Origin: Sphagnum compactum
Lineage: Eukaryota
Assembly: GCA_965153455.1 (NCBI GenBank)
Contig: OZ234493.1
Location: forward strand, 25,844,213 to 25,908,212
DNA: 64,000 nt
Direction: 5' to 3'
The notes beneath the pieces were generated by a model, which had not been told where the DNA came from, did no database searches, and saw nothing but the letters and a program-made list of their open reading frames with translations. The position numbers and the translations under genes were made by a program. The stretch's first letter is position 1, and the number at the start of each line of letters is the position of its first letter. Shown piece by piece: positions 14,223 through 27,265 of this stretch.

Positions 14223-14961
14223 TTTATGAGATGAAATAAAAACATGGATGGTAAAAACAAAAGAGTGTAATTGAAAAACAAGCCAAAGAAAAACATTACC
14301 AAAATCTTAATGTCTCTATTAAATTAACTAAGAAATTATATAGGTATAATGGTGGTGGGTCTACAATGGTCAACATTATAAGGTTATTGGCCATAGGTCA
14401 ACTTGACAACCATTGCTTGACTTCTAATGGGAAGAGATCGTATTGTTTGTAATGCAGTATGTAGAACCCAATTGCTTAGAGGAAAGGACATAAAGATCTT
14501 AATATTAAGGAACATAGTTGGTTTGTTTTGTTAGATTTGTCATGTTGAGATCTTGCAAACCACGAGCTGACAGTTGTGTTCTGGGAATCATTGGAAACCC
14601 TTGAGGAGTAAGTGTGCACCAAGGTGGTTTCGTAATTTGTAGACTGATGGTGTAGGAGGTATGAAAATTTGAGTAATTTTTGTGATTGGAATTTCAATAA
14701 GAGTAACAATGTACCTGACGAGTCACAACGTATGCGAAGAGTCTCAGTGTAGTCTGTACCGGCGAGGAGCTCGTGGTGCCATATAACCAATTCAACAAGA
14801 ATCTTGGGGCGAGGGGGGGAGGGGGTTTGGTCGGGTGCTACAGCTACAATCTATGCCATATGGGAAGTCAAGGGATTTTTTTTTCCCCTTGTAAATGTAC
14901 TATTCTAGAGTGTGTGTATTGAGCAAAGTATGTATATACTGGATCTCAAAGTCAATGAGCA

Positions 14962-15670
14962 GCCAGGCTGAACCAACAGCCACCAGCGCCCCATCCATTA
15001 GAAGCCTATTATGACTCAGGGTCTCTTGCCATTACCTTGTCATCAGAGTGTATCATGAACCCCAACTGAGTGCACACTGGGTTTCACCTTGCTAACATAT
15101 CCTTTAAAGGGTAGATACTATAACTAGTGCTAATATATCCTTTAAAGGATATATACTATAACTAGGTTAGTGTAGGGTAATGCCCTAGGGCTTGGCCATT
15201 CCTGAAATAACGACCCCCTGAGGCCAGAAGCTGAGGGCCTGTTATTTTAGGAATGTCCTGGCCTGAAGATGTTACCTGGTATGAAACTCTGACAGGTTTT
15301 TTTACTTTATTTTTTACTCAGATATCTGGTGGGTACCAGGTGAGTATCATGATAAGAAAATAAAAAAGTTATGTGAGCATTTTATTTTTCAGAATGCCCT
15401 CTTAATGTGGATTCTGGTGGATAATGTGCCCTCCACTAACACCGCTGCAAATAGTGGAGGGTTTTACAGATGTTAACTGGCTAGTGGATGCATGTAGTTG
15501 GTTAATAATATGCAGGTCCAGACTAGTAGGTTGTTAGCAGGTAGGTAGCAAAAGCAGAAACTGATCCAATCACCATAGTAGTTAACTAAGGAAACCATAA
15601 CCCAATGGAAAAAGTGTTTTCCTGTCCACCCACCATCCATCCCCTTGGATGGGTGTTGGTTCATTCTGTC
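14962..15670. mobile_element. MITE-like TIR element, copy A (same family as 61936-62938)
   Basis: Left end GCCAGGCTGAACCAACAGCCACCAGC..GCCTATTATGACTCAG..ATGAACCCCAAC..CCTTGCTAAC and right end GAAAAAGTGTTTTCCTGTCCAC.CACCATCCATCC..GTTGGTTCATTCTG both match the ends of 61936-62938. Confidence 0.55.
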
Positions 15671-18600
15671 AGCATAGATATGGAAGCAGTCCTGGAGAAA
15701 AATTCTGGACTCTGAACTTAAAAAAGCAGACTTGCAGTTGTGGTATATTATTATATAAAGCTTTGGGCATTAGAATGAGCACATGGAGGTCCCAAATATT
15801 TCAACTAGTTTTCTCTGGTTATATTGGCAACTGGGCCCCAATTTGTTATCTGCCAAATCCAAAAAACCTGCCTCCCTATGTAACAGCTCTGAAACAGAGT
15901 TGATTTCAGTGTCCTAAATAAGGTGAGATTTTGACTTGGGGAGAATATTAACTAATTTCCTCGACAAGTAGGCTCTGCTGGTTCTCACCATCTTTTCAAA
16001 ATGTCTTCACAGTTCAGACATGGGGGGCACTGCATTGCTTTGCTTTGCTTCTGGTCTGATGTTTGTCTGAGTGACCAGAAAGATTCCTGTCAGTTTTGCA
16101 ACTCCAATTGTGCTCCCCAGTTCTGGGAACAAAGAGTAGAACCCAAGTACTTAGTAAAGGTAACGTTTAGTGATTGAAAATTTGGTATCCAATACTAGTA
16201 AAATGGCCATTTTGTGAGAAAAGCCAGGTGAGGTAGAATTATGCTCTTCATTATTGATGTGGATGGTGCACGAAGAAGAATATGAATGTGGCAATTGCGG
16301 AAATCCAATATTCTAATGTATACTTATGGAAATAGAATAATACGCTATGGCACACAGTTATGTGTGCACAATGAGTACTCTTTACACATGACATGTGCAC
16401 ACTCAAATGGTATACTTTGTATATAATTAAATAATGTATACAACAACACATACAACACACAACACCATCTACAGTGAATTCCATATTATTTATTCCTTGC
16501 TCTACATGGTAACACTGTATCTTTCTTGGTCCACTTGCATTGGTGTTCCCATTTTACCACCTTCACCACTCATACATAAAATCCAAGGTAAATTGTATAT
16601 GGGACATCATTTATATGGTACAGGTGGTGTGGTGTACTTTTTAGAGTCAGAACAGTACAATTATAATGTACCTCAACAATATCCATACATTCAGTTTTGT
16701 ACCATATGAAACACACACTACTATTAAATGCAGGTGCAATTCACTAGTTCTTGTTCTCTGAATCAGTGAATTCATGCATCCTCGTTGGGTCTTGTTCATT
16801 ATGACAAATGAATTCAGTCAAAATTCAGTGAAATCACTTGACATGCAAGGATACCTTTTGTTGTAATGGACAACAAAACGAAAATTTCTACTGAGTTAGT
16901 TGAAGACACATAAAGACTGAAAGGTATATAAACTTTAGGAACACAGACTTGAAAACTGTATATACATAGTATGCATTGTGTACCTGAGTACAGTGTATAC
17001 CATTCATGTGTACACTTTAAAATACGTTTGTGATATTCTAGCATACCACACACATAAGGTAACTTGCTAACCAAACTATCAGGATTCATAAGGATTTTTT
17101 GGAACACAAACATGAGATAGGTAGACAATTCAAATTGTGTACTTGCAAGAATCACAAACCCATGACCTTTCAATATTTTGTTGGTGTCCAACACCACCAA
17201 TGCCTAAAATTTCTGCCAGGGTTTACTGTAGTACCATGACAAGTTCAACATTTCAGTGGAATAATTCCAAAATTTTCTAAAACGTTGTCTATTTTCCTTC
17301 ACAAAATAGAGAAACAATTTATTATTTGGAAAAAGTCTTTTTGAAGATTTCAACATTTTGTGAAAATAAATAATTCGTGTGGAGGCTGCCAAGCTACTAC
17401 AGTATGGTATTGGGTTTAGGTTGGATAAGAAGTTGCTATGGGCTTTACCAGAGTCACGTGCATTTAGTAATAGGGGTAGTTAGTGTCTGGCACAAAACTT
17501 TTGCCTTGCAGAGGTACATATGATCTTGAAGAGAACAACTGGCGCATGTCTACATACTCCTACAGAGGTAACTCTGGCTATGACTTAAAATTTTTCCCCT
17601 GGTTCAGAGTTTAGACACCACACTCTTCTTCCAAGTAACAGATTTGGCAGGTTTGCAGGAATAAAATTTGTGCTCACATTGTCCCGCAAGTTGTCCCTGC
17701 AAGTTCTACAGATTTGTGCTATAGACAGCTGCAAAACTTTGTGTGTTGTTCCACAGGTGCCAATGGACTCAACGTCTCCTCTTCAGAAACTTTGGGACTT
17801 TTCTGTGGGTGAAAACTTCGGGAAATTCTCAAAATAAGAAGCCCAAGTAACCAAGTCCCACCTCACATTGTGGGATCTGCCCCACCCTATATAGTAGGCT
17901 TTACAGATCTTAAAGCATGAGGTGAATGTTATGATGAATCTAAACATACATCTAGATCACACTGCAATGGAGGGGAGGGTTCTTACACTTTCTCTTTAAG
18001 AGTACGAGGGATTTATAGATACAAGTAATCATAACATTTCTCTCACTCTTAAATAGTAGGCATGAGTTCCCTCTTTGTTCTCTACTGATGATGTTCACAT
18101 ACTGTAGTTCCTAGCTTGGTTCAGCAACAAGGTGCCTAATAATTAATTTTTCTGATCGTTTACAAATTTGACCGCGAAAATATAATATTTTACAATTACA
18201 CACTATATTAAATGTTAAGGTAGTTTGCTTAAGAGTTTCTTTCAGAATTTGGACATGGCAGGCAAATTTTTTTCAGGATTTTGACAATTTTAAAAATAAT
18301 TAATTAGTGGCTAACCAGGCTAGGTACTATACAGTACATAAGGTGCCCTTCAAATACACTTAGGAAAATTTCTCCAAGTGCTTTACAAAACCTTTTCAAA
18401 ACTTTTGATTTTTTTTTTTTTCAATCAAGCTCAGATCAGTAGACCTACTAAGCACCCCGCAAGCCAAGCAGGTACTTAGTAAGCAGGTACTTAGAAAAGA
18501 AAAAGCAGCTGAGTTAGTTAACCATCATGGTTAGCTAGCAAACAAAAGCCCCACAGATAACTGTTTTCTGACCACTTATCATCCATCCTTCATCTTGCGC

Positions 18601-18845
18601 TGGTGGGTGCTGGTTCACTGAACTGGCCAAGAAATACGGAGAGGAGTTCGTTCACACATGGGTTCACTCGGTGGATCTCATCACTAGAAGCAGCTATAAT
18701 CCTTGGCAAGGATTTCTCCATTGTATGATCAAGATGAGCTAGCTAGTTAGTGAAGGATCGATCCACACACAACATTGTGAACATCAGATATAGTGCACTT
18801 CTTATTAGCAAGGGTTGAAATTCTTAGAGTATATATGCCCTACAA

Positions 18846-18938
18846 CAAAAGGTGTTCCTCTACGCCAAGTGAACTAGACCTAATACAAAAGACCTAATAC
18901 AAAAGGTGTCCCTCTACGCCAAGTGAACTAGAACTAAT
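18846..18938. repeat. Direct duplication, ~54-bp period
   Basis: ACAAAAGGTGT.CCTCTACGCCAAGTGAACTAGA.CTAAT occurs twice. Confidence 0.8.
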
Positions 18939-20670
18939 GAAGCAGTGAATTTACTTGGCCTGGTGAACTAGGACTACTGGACTGCACCCACATTTTGTAG
19001 CTTACGGATCAGTCTTAGACATGAATCGATCCTCTAGTCTTGGAAAAGTCTTAGACAATTCCATTATATATATACGGTCCATGATAAGACTTAAAAAGTT
19101 AGATCATGTACTCATTTTTTTTTGAGTAGTTGTATGATTGATTTTGAGTCAATAGATATAACAGAAGACTTATATAAAGTACTATCTGGGATTGAATATT
19201 ATCAATCCTGAAATCATCATCACGGCACTTGAAGTGCTAGCTAGGAGCTTCTTCTACTGCAGCCAGAATCATACAGAAATTGTATATGGGTAAATCCGAA
19301 AGATATTGGAGCTGGCTGGCCGCTGCTCAAGAGAGTAATTAAAGAGGAGGAGAGTATTGAGGAAATAGCGACATTTGATTAAGAATAATGTAAGCGTGGC
19401 TGGGGGCAGCAGCAATTAGAGGTGGACAGCATCCAGAGAAAGGCGAGGAATAGTACTTAAGGAAGTCTAAGTCCTCACGGCCATGACCTGGCCACTGCTG
19501 CAGGATCAGAACTAATTATGTCGGGCGGTGAGCTCGTTCCTCGCAGACAAATTAGTCAGACAACAAGCTCTGTTTATCTAGATAGCAGCAGTTTCTATAA
19601 CCAAAGACATTAGCCCCCGGAGTAATACGCTGTTGATGATCAGAAATTAGCAGTTGGTGTGAAGCTAGCTAGCTGCTGCCCAGCGGAAGAAGATGGACAA
19701 GTGTCCAGAGTTTAGTGGAAGAAGCTCGCGTCGTCGTCGTCGTCACCTTCTGGCAGCTGATCAGAAGTAGAAATGTCAGACAGTAATTCATCAAGCTGCC
19801 CCAGACAAATGAATCAGAACACAGCAAAGAAGACTGTGACTCTAGAGCACTCCTAGGAATCAAAGTCTAGACATTACGACCCGGACATCGGCGGAAGCTA
19901 GTAGCTGGTGCATCGGTTGACGACGTCGGCAGCTTCTTCCCACTTGCTTCTATCAAGTTGAGACTCTGCTCTGTTCGTTGCCTCTTTCTGTCTCATTGTC
20001 CCTGTTTGTAGTGATGGTGTGGACCCTAGTGCTGATCAAATGAGCTGCCCAGGTCTACGGTGAGTACTCCGCGTTCTTGGCCCCAGCTTAGCTGCTTCCT
20101 TGGCTTGGCCCACATGTCTGCTGCAACAGAACTAGCTCCTTTTAAATTACAGTCCCGGCCGCGCGTCATTCTACGTCCTCAAGCCACTTTCTTCCCAGCT
20201 GCAAAGTACTTGTAACTGCTCTCTGACTAGTGAGCTGTTGTACGAGCGAGAGCACTTAAACGTGTCTCCTCCAGCCTTCTCGTTCCTGTTGCTAGCTGCA
20301 ACTACAATATGTTTTGCTCTCTCAAACCTCTTTGAATAGTAGAACCGCAGCTGCGTATTGTAACATTATGTTGCTTGTTTCCTTCTATTTTGATGATCAG
20401 CTGATATTTCCCAGTGTTCAATTTAGTTCTGTACACTGTCTTCTTCAGTCATCTCCGTAAGGTTATTGGAGCTCTGGAACCGCAGCAGCGCTTAGAAGCT
20501 AGCTAGCCCCTGAGCTACTTGCTCTTCACCTCTTGAGCATTCTTATAATTTGGATTTTGGCATACTTGTTGAAACCAAGCTGCGTGCTACATATTTTACT
20601 CCTTACAAACTCACGTCAAGCTTGTATCTGAAAGCAGTAGTACTGAGGCAGCCATGCGCAAGTACTCAGA

Positions 20671-22305
20671 ATGTTCACCTCAGTAGGATGCAGGAAGACG
20701 CGCCCTAGCTCCAAGTCCGTAAGAGCTGCAGTCACAGCCGTTTTGTGCGTATTTCTATTGCTCCAACTAGAATTTTCAACATCTATCTCCGCCGCTGCCG
20801 CTGCAGGCCTTCGTCCTCCTTGTGGTGAGCTCGATCTCTTTGATCAGATGAATCGTCCAGACTCGAGTGATACTAGTGATCTAACGAGTTCCACTCTCGA
20901 TCTTGTGTGCCAGACCTGCAACAAAATCTCACCACAGCTCCGGGACTAATGTTTAGATCCATTCGGAGCAGAATCGGAATTTTGCAAGGTTGTGAATGTC
21001 TTTGCATTCATGACTGGACTCGAGAGAAACGTCGATAATCTGAGAAACGTTCTAAGTGACGGATGTTTTCCCCCTGTTGTATGCGCGCAGGTGTAAATCA
21101 CGAGAAGGTCACAGACGCCAGTTTCCAACAACCTGAAATACGAGACGACCTAACGACGTCCTCTCCGCTTACCCGGACAAAGGTACCCCCGCGAATCTGT
21201 GTCATTGATGATTGAATACATTGTGCAGATTTGCAGTCATGATCTCTTCTTTTCTTGAAAATTCTTCGTGATCATCCTTGGGATTAGTTCACGAAGTTCC
21301 GGCATTTCTTCTTACATCAAAGTTGCACAGCTGCTGCTGCAGCGGCCCTCGACTAGGATTGCAGATTGGTGTTTAAGGTTTCAAACTTGCAGGATCTTAA
21401 AAGAGTCTAAAGACAATCAAGAGGCCTTAATCGCAGTCTTTTGGTCGACCAAATCACTTGTAGAGATGGTTGATAAGCTAGAAGATCATTCCGCTTGAGA
21501 TCATCGTCCACTCAACCTGAAGAACACAGTCGAAGAAATGTCTCCACGCTACAAAGAGGATACTTAGTAAAAGTAGTGCTCAGGAGTCACAATGAAGTCT
21601 CTTGTGATCCACAGGACAGCGACTAAGTGATGTATATTGTTATGTTTGAAGATCTTTCCTGTAACAGTTCGAGTTGCCTTAGCTTCTTGTCGGGAGCTCG
21701 AATTCTTTCTGTCATGTGGGATCATGCATGAAGAAAACTTGCAGAGCTGACCGATTTCAGATGACTCTTGACTGCAGGCATTTGCAGTGCAGGGGAGATC
21801 AATCGAATCAGTCAATTACACAGAAGTGATTTCGAGTGTGCAGGAAGAGCCGAGAAATGTCGATGAAGTTGAGTCCCGGATGCAGGCACTAAAATATTCT
21901 ATGCACAGAAAACTTATTAGTTGTTTGCAGTTGCGGCCTAGTGCAGCTGCTGTGCAACTCCGAACAACAGCGACAACTCTGCATTCATTGTATTGGCAGC
22001 GCCTGCTGCAGATGAAGGCGGCACTGCCCAGGTACTCTTTCATGAAGACCGTGAGGGACCTACTGATGCATGTCGATGGTGCAACAACATTGCGCACAAC
22101 GTCACTTATTAAAAGTCGATCCAGTCGACAGTCGCAGCACAGAAAGACAAGGAAATTGTTCATGACAAGCACCAGGAATATGGCAGCAGCAGCAAGGGCT
22201 ACAAGAATTCCACCAGTCCATGATGACGACTCGGCATCATATTCTGACGACGACATACATTTGGACTACAGCGATCCTCGTACACATCCTCCCAGAGGAA
22301 ATTAA
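20671..22305 (+). CDS. Secreted small-peptide precursor, RGF/GLV/CLEL (root growth factor/GOLVEN) family-like, ~223 aa
   Basis: Exon 1 (20671-20824) encodes a basic N-terminus plus a hydrophobic signal segment (AAVTAVLCVFLLLQLEFSTSISA), donor G|GTGAGC, phase 1. Exon 2 (21788-22305) has acceptor TTTGCAG|TG, phase-compatible. The protein ends in DYSDPRTHPPRGN-stop, matching the 13-aa RGF pattern DY..P..HPP..N. An extra internal exon cannot be excluded. Confidence 0.8.
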
Positions 22306-22564
22306 GTGTCTAGGCTAGGAGCTGCACGCGTCCGAAATCAATGGCTATGCTCTGCTGCTGCTGCTGTATACGCATGTAGGCAACAGTCAATGCATTCGTG
22401 ATGATGAGAACTCCCATGTACTACAACCTTATAACTGAATATATTTGTCGAACAGCTCGACAATATCTGCAGTACCGCAACACTCTAGCTGCTGAAATCC
22501 AATACATCGCAGGCTTGTATCATCAATTGTATACTGATCATCAGGTTTTCGTTCTACGACTAGA

Positions 22565-22920
22565 CGTTCTGCAAATCTAGCTTGACAAATAATGCATCGA
22601 TCAAACACAGATCGATGTGTCAAGTTCTGTAAACCTAGCTCGAAAAATTAATGCAGTCTAAGCATCCAAACATAGATATTGTGCCTAGTTCTGCAAATCT
22701 ATAAGATCGACAAACTAATGCAGCATCCAAACATAGATGTGCCTAGTTCTGCAAACCTAGCTCGAGAAATGAATGCAGCAGCATCCGACCATAGATGCAG
22801 TGCCCAGTTCTGCAAATCTAGTTCCAGAAATTAATCCAGCAGAATCCAAGTTACATAGATGTTGCCCAGTTCTGCAAATCCAGCTGGTCGACAAATATTG
22901 CAGCATCCTGCGAACATAGA
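22565..22920. repeat. Degenerate tandem array, ~58-64-bp unit x6, downstream of the peptide gene
   Basis: GTTCTG[C/T]AAA[T/C]CTAG..GA.AAA.TAATGCAGCATCCAAACATAGAT.TGCC recurs six times. Confidence 0.85.
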
Positions 22921-23989
22921 GAGGTGCTGCGTGTGATCATATGCTTTATTACAGTACTAAACTAGAGATTATGTATAAATTACTAGCTTGCAGGGCATAG
23001 AAAATTAAACAGTATGTGCGGCACCTGCAAATTACTCCATATAATGGAAATGGAGAAGTTCTGGATTTGATCAGTATTAGCTGCTGCCTCCAGCTGTTTG
23101 CTAGATCGATAGCTGCCTGTCTAGGTTGAATCGTTGCAGGTTATTACTACTAATTCTAGAATGTCATTACAGGCTAGCTTCTGATCCACCTGCAGCAAGT
23201 CCTTCAGAGTTCCAATGATCTGATCCTGCACTAGCTGCTGTTGCACCAGCTTGCATGATCCAGCTATAACAGCAGAATGCCATTCTGCAGTATAGGTGCT
23301 TATATCAATTTCCACATATTTACATCAACAATGGGACATCTGCTGCTTCAACTGACACTGCACTAGGGTAGCACCGATTACTTGCAAATGAATACTCTTC
23401 TAACATGAGTGCTTGCATCTGCTTATATAAATATATTGAGCAAAAACACTGTCAAAGGAGCCAAGAACCTCGTCCTAGAGCAGTGAAAACAGTACACTAT
23501 CATAGATTTATTTATGTTTCATCATTTAAATCTATGTTTCGCCATTTAAAATCTTTGGTAATCATGATTAAATTGTGCTGAATGATTCAAATGAATTCTA
23601 GGAGATTTAAATTTAAATTTTAGGTTTTGATTTTACTTTTGAATTTTTTTAAATGGACAACATATAGGGCAATTTTACTAAGGACTATCTCATTGAACAA
23701 GACAACTCATGTGCTCATTTTATATTGCAAGGGTCAAAGAGTAATATAATAGAAGCTCGAAGTTAGTAACTGCATAAACATAAACAAAACTACAATGAAA
23801 AAGCCTGGCAAGCTAAACATACACATATATATGAAGCTAACAATTTACTGAAAATAACTTATAAGCACGCGGTGAAGTGCACAAAATTCAAAATGTGAAA
23901 GTGAACTGCCTTTATGTCTATCTATCTAGCACAAGGCAAGAATTAATGAACAATAACCCTAATCATATAAAGCTGCTAAAAGATGGTTG

Positions 23990-25556
23990 ATGTAACCAAT
24001 CAGTGCATCTTCAACTCCAATGCCACCCTTACAATGATGAATTTCACAATGTCATCAAGAAGATGATCATGATGTTCTTTATCTACATTGTTAGATTCGT
24101 CATTATGAAAGGCACGCATCATGCCTACAAAGAGGCCTCTTTGTAGGTGTAAGGTGCCTCCTGATGTTTTTGACTGAGATCATTATTAATGTCGATAATA
24201 AAGTGCCCTTCAAATACAAGTTAGAGAGAAATTTCATTGAATGCTTTATGATCAGTTTTTGGCTCATTAAAGTCTTTCTATGCCTCTTACAATTGAAGGC
24301 ATGCAATGGTTGATTTGGGACCTCAACAAATTGAGAATTTCATGACCCATTTACCATGCTAATCTGACATATGGCAAGACTATATATACCATGCCAAAAT
24401 TCGGCATCGACAAAATCCCTCTTTAATTCCTCTTTTTCATCAATTTATAAAAATCACTTGTCCCAAAAGTTCAAATCATTCCAGCCAAATCAGAAGCTTT
24501 CCTTTCGGTTGCATTTAGGATTTGAAGTTTTTAGGTGTACTAAGCTAGCCATTACTAATTGGAGTGGTGACAAGAGCTGAATTAGTGAATCTAGATACAC
24601 TGAAAGAAATACAGATGGAAGCACTGGAACTGAAGATTTTCAAAACTTCTGAACTAGGGTCAAATATGGACCTTGTTATCACAAAATTTTCAAATCATGT
24701 GGAGTGGTCCTAGGGGTGGAAGAATCGAAAAACCAAATGAATATGCAAAGGGATTACTAACTTATGAAACCACAATAATAATTACAATATTGTGTAACAC
24801 AGATCTGATACAGCATGAAAATTACATAAATAATTGTGAAAGCTACAATAATAATTTCACTAATTGGGTACTGATACTATTTTCTGCATCTAATTTCATT
24901 GGTCAACAATTATCTTGTTAACCTTCCACCTTGTGTTAGAGGTCATGTACAGGTGGTGTACGACAATCACCATCATCCTCCACTTCAATTCCATTTGCAA
25001 CATCCACAGGTGATGTTTTTGTTGTCATGTCAAATCTCATATGTTTCAGATTTCCACTTGAGTTGGAGGCTTGACATCCGTAAATTTGTATACCTGTTTG
25101 TTGCAACAAGATTTTTCTTAGCTCATGTGCCCATTCCATGAGATATGCTATCGAGCCATCAAGAAAGTATCCAACAATACCCTTGTGCTCCTTTGTTGCA
25201 TCCATTCTTGAATCTTGGCCTTTGGTGGTCCTATGTAGTCTATGTTGTGAATTTGAAGGTGGCCAGTATACCTGAAGGTGGAAAATTTGGTGAGCTGCTC
25301 CTTGATATTATAACTATACCTGTAGAACAGATTGTTGCCTGTACAGATGACAGACATCAAGCCTTTGATGGATAAATAAAAAATGCCCCAGTTCATACAT
25401 GAGCATCAATGTGCTTGGCTCATCCCCAAATGTTGAAGCATTGGACTTGCTGGATGCATGTAAAATGTGCCTAAATTCCCCTTTGGCTTTGGTGTTAAAT
25501 GAGTATTTTTGTTGTGTAGCAGGACTTGGGTGATTTGTGTGTTGGTTTGAATGCAA
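23990..25556 (-). pseudogene. Stop-interrupted coding remnant of unknown family (pseudogene or transposon ORF)
   Basis: ORFs 25314-25556 and 24936-25205 are in the same frame and join through ..VLQV*L*YQGAAHQIFHLQVYWPP... A second block near 24540-24100 reads ..KESF*FGWNDLNFWDK*FL*IDEKEELKRDFVDAEFWHGIYSLA... Confidence 0.4.
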
Positions 25557-27265
25557 AAAATTGTGTTCTGCTACATGATTTTTGAAAGTGCAAAGTTAAT
25601 ATGAACCTAATTAAGTGAAGTGACTGCTCTAGGAAATCATGATGTAAATCTTAAGGTTTGCCAAAGTTCCATACATGAGGATAGAAGAGAATGCAACTCT
25701 TGAAAGTGGTAAGGTCTATTACTTGGGATTAGGTCTAGGGGTCATAATGGTAATTGATATGGATTGAGTGTGATGGCAAGAGTTGGTGAATGGTCAATTC
25801 GGAATGTATACAAAATGGAATGGGGTCACTCAACAATTGTGGATTAAACATGAAGTTGGGTTGTGAAAGTTGCATTCTTAGTCTAGTTGATTGAAACATA
25901 AGTATCAAGAGGGTTACAAGGGATCATGATTCTTTGGGAGAGATAATGGAATAAGAGTTTTTGATGCATGGGAATGATTTAACTTCATTAGTATATTTAC
26001 ATTGTAGATGTCTTTAATTTGTTTGGTATCAATTTTAAGGACTTTGAAGTTGTGACATTCTCAATTTTCAATACCCACTAAATGTTATTGAGTTGTTTCC
26101 CAATTTCTAGCACCAATTTGTCATATCAATGTTATAAAATTGCCAACAAAGATGAAGTATTGAAACCGAAAACCTATCTAACCAGGCAAATATAATAGGT
26201 AGTTGATTTCAAGACACATATTTGAAAACCAACCCATATGCAAAATAATTGGTTATTACCCTAAAAATTATCAAATAAATTGGTAATTACAAAAATGATT
26301 ATGATAGTGAAATTGATAATCAATAGGTTTTGTTTTGTTGAGAATCTTGATAATTCATGGATGAAAGTATACATTTCATGATCCTTCTTAGCATAAATGA
26401 AAAATAGCCATAAAAATAAGATTTAATGTGTTAAATTTAAAAATATTATTTATTACAATGATCAATATGAACATTTTTTTGATTTTATAATAATCATATG
26501 AAAGAATCACATGATAAATATGCATGTTGATTTTTAAGAATGCAAATAGATGCAAGTAGATGTGCTTTTTTTAATTCATTGGTATGATAATTTTATTTTT
26601 GGGCAAAATGACATGTTATCCTAACATTGTTGGTTCATTGTATCTTATTTGCACTCATTTATTTCACTTAGTAAATGAAATATAGATTTTTTTAACTTTT
26701 TAAATTTAGGCTTGGATAAAATGTATTGATGTACTTTCAATCTCTAATGTAAAAGTAATTAATATATCAAACAAGTAATATAAAATATGTTTGAATATCA
26801 TATAACTATTTTAAAACATATTTTTAATCTATTTCTATTATACTAATGTTTTTCAAATTTTGTATACAACTTACTATAAATGCAATGGTTCCAATATTGG
26901 TTTAACAATAACAATTGAAGAGGTTTTGATTCTACTTTCTTACATTTATATGTCAAAGACATGATTTTATGAAAGTGTGTGTGTTTTGTATTACTTTTTG
27001 TGTATACTTGATTGCGCTTGCACCTTGATACCTTATGTGGTCCAAAAATAAATAAAAAATAAGAACTGACTTGGCCAATTATGAAAATTCCATTAACTTG
27101 GCAACATAGGTGTTCAACAAATGTTTATACTTTCAAGCATATGTACTTGACAGACATATATTAAAAATAAAAAACATATTTGAAGCCTATAATCCTTATA
27201 CTTTTAGCAAACTTAGGCCCTTTAAGCATGGACAGAGATTTGGATTATTTTTATGAAAGGGCATG

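Noticed and set aside
21816-22256. 146-aa minus-strand ORF with a hydrophobic stretch
   Set aside because: Antisense shadow of the peptide precursor exon; no independent family motif.
22565-22920. CRISPR-like repeat/spacer appearance of the ~60-bp array (also considered for 45435-46095)
   Set aside because: The 'spacers' are homologous to each other, the repeats are degenerate, there are no cas genes, and the context is a spliced plant genome.
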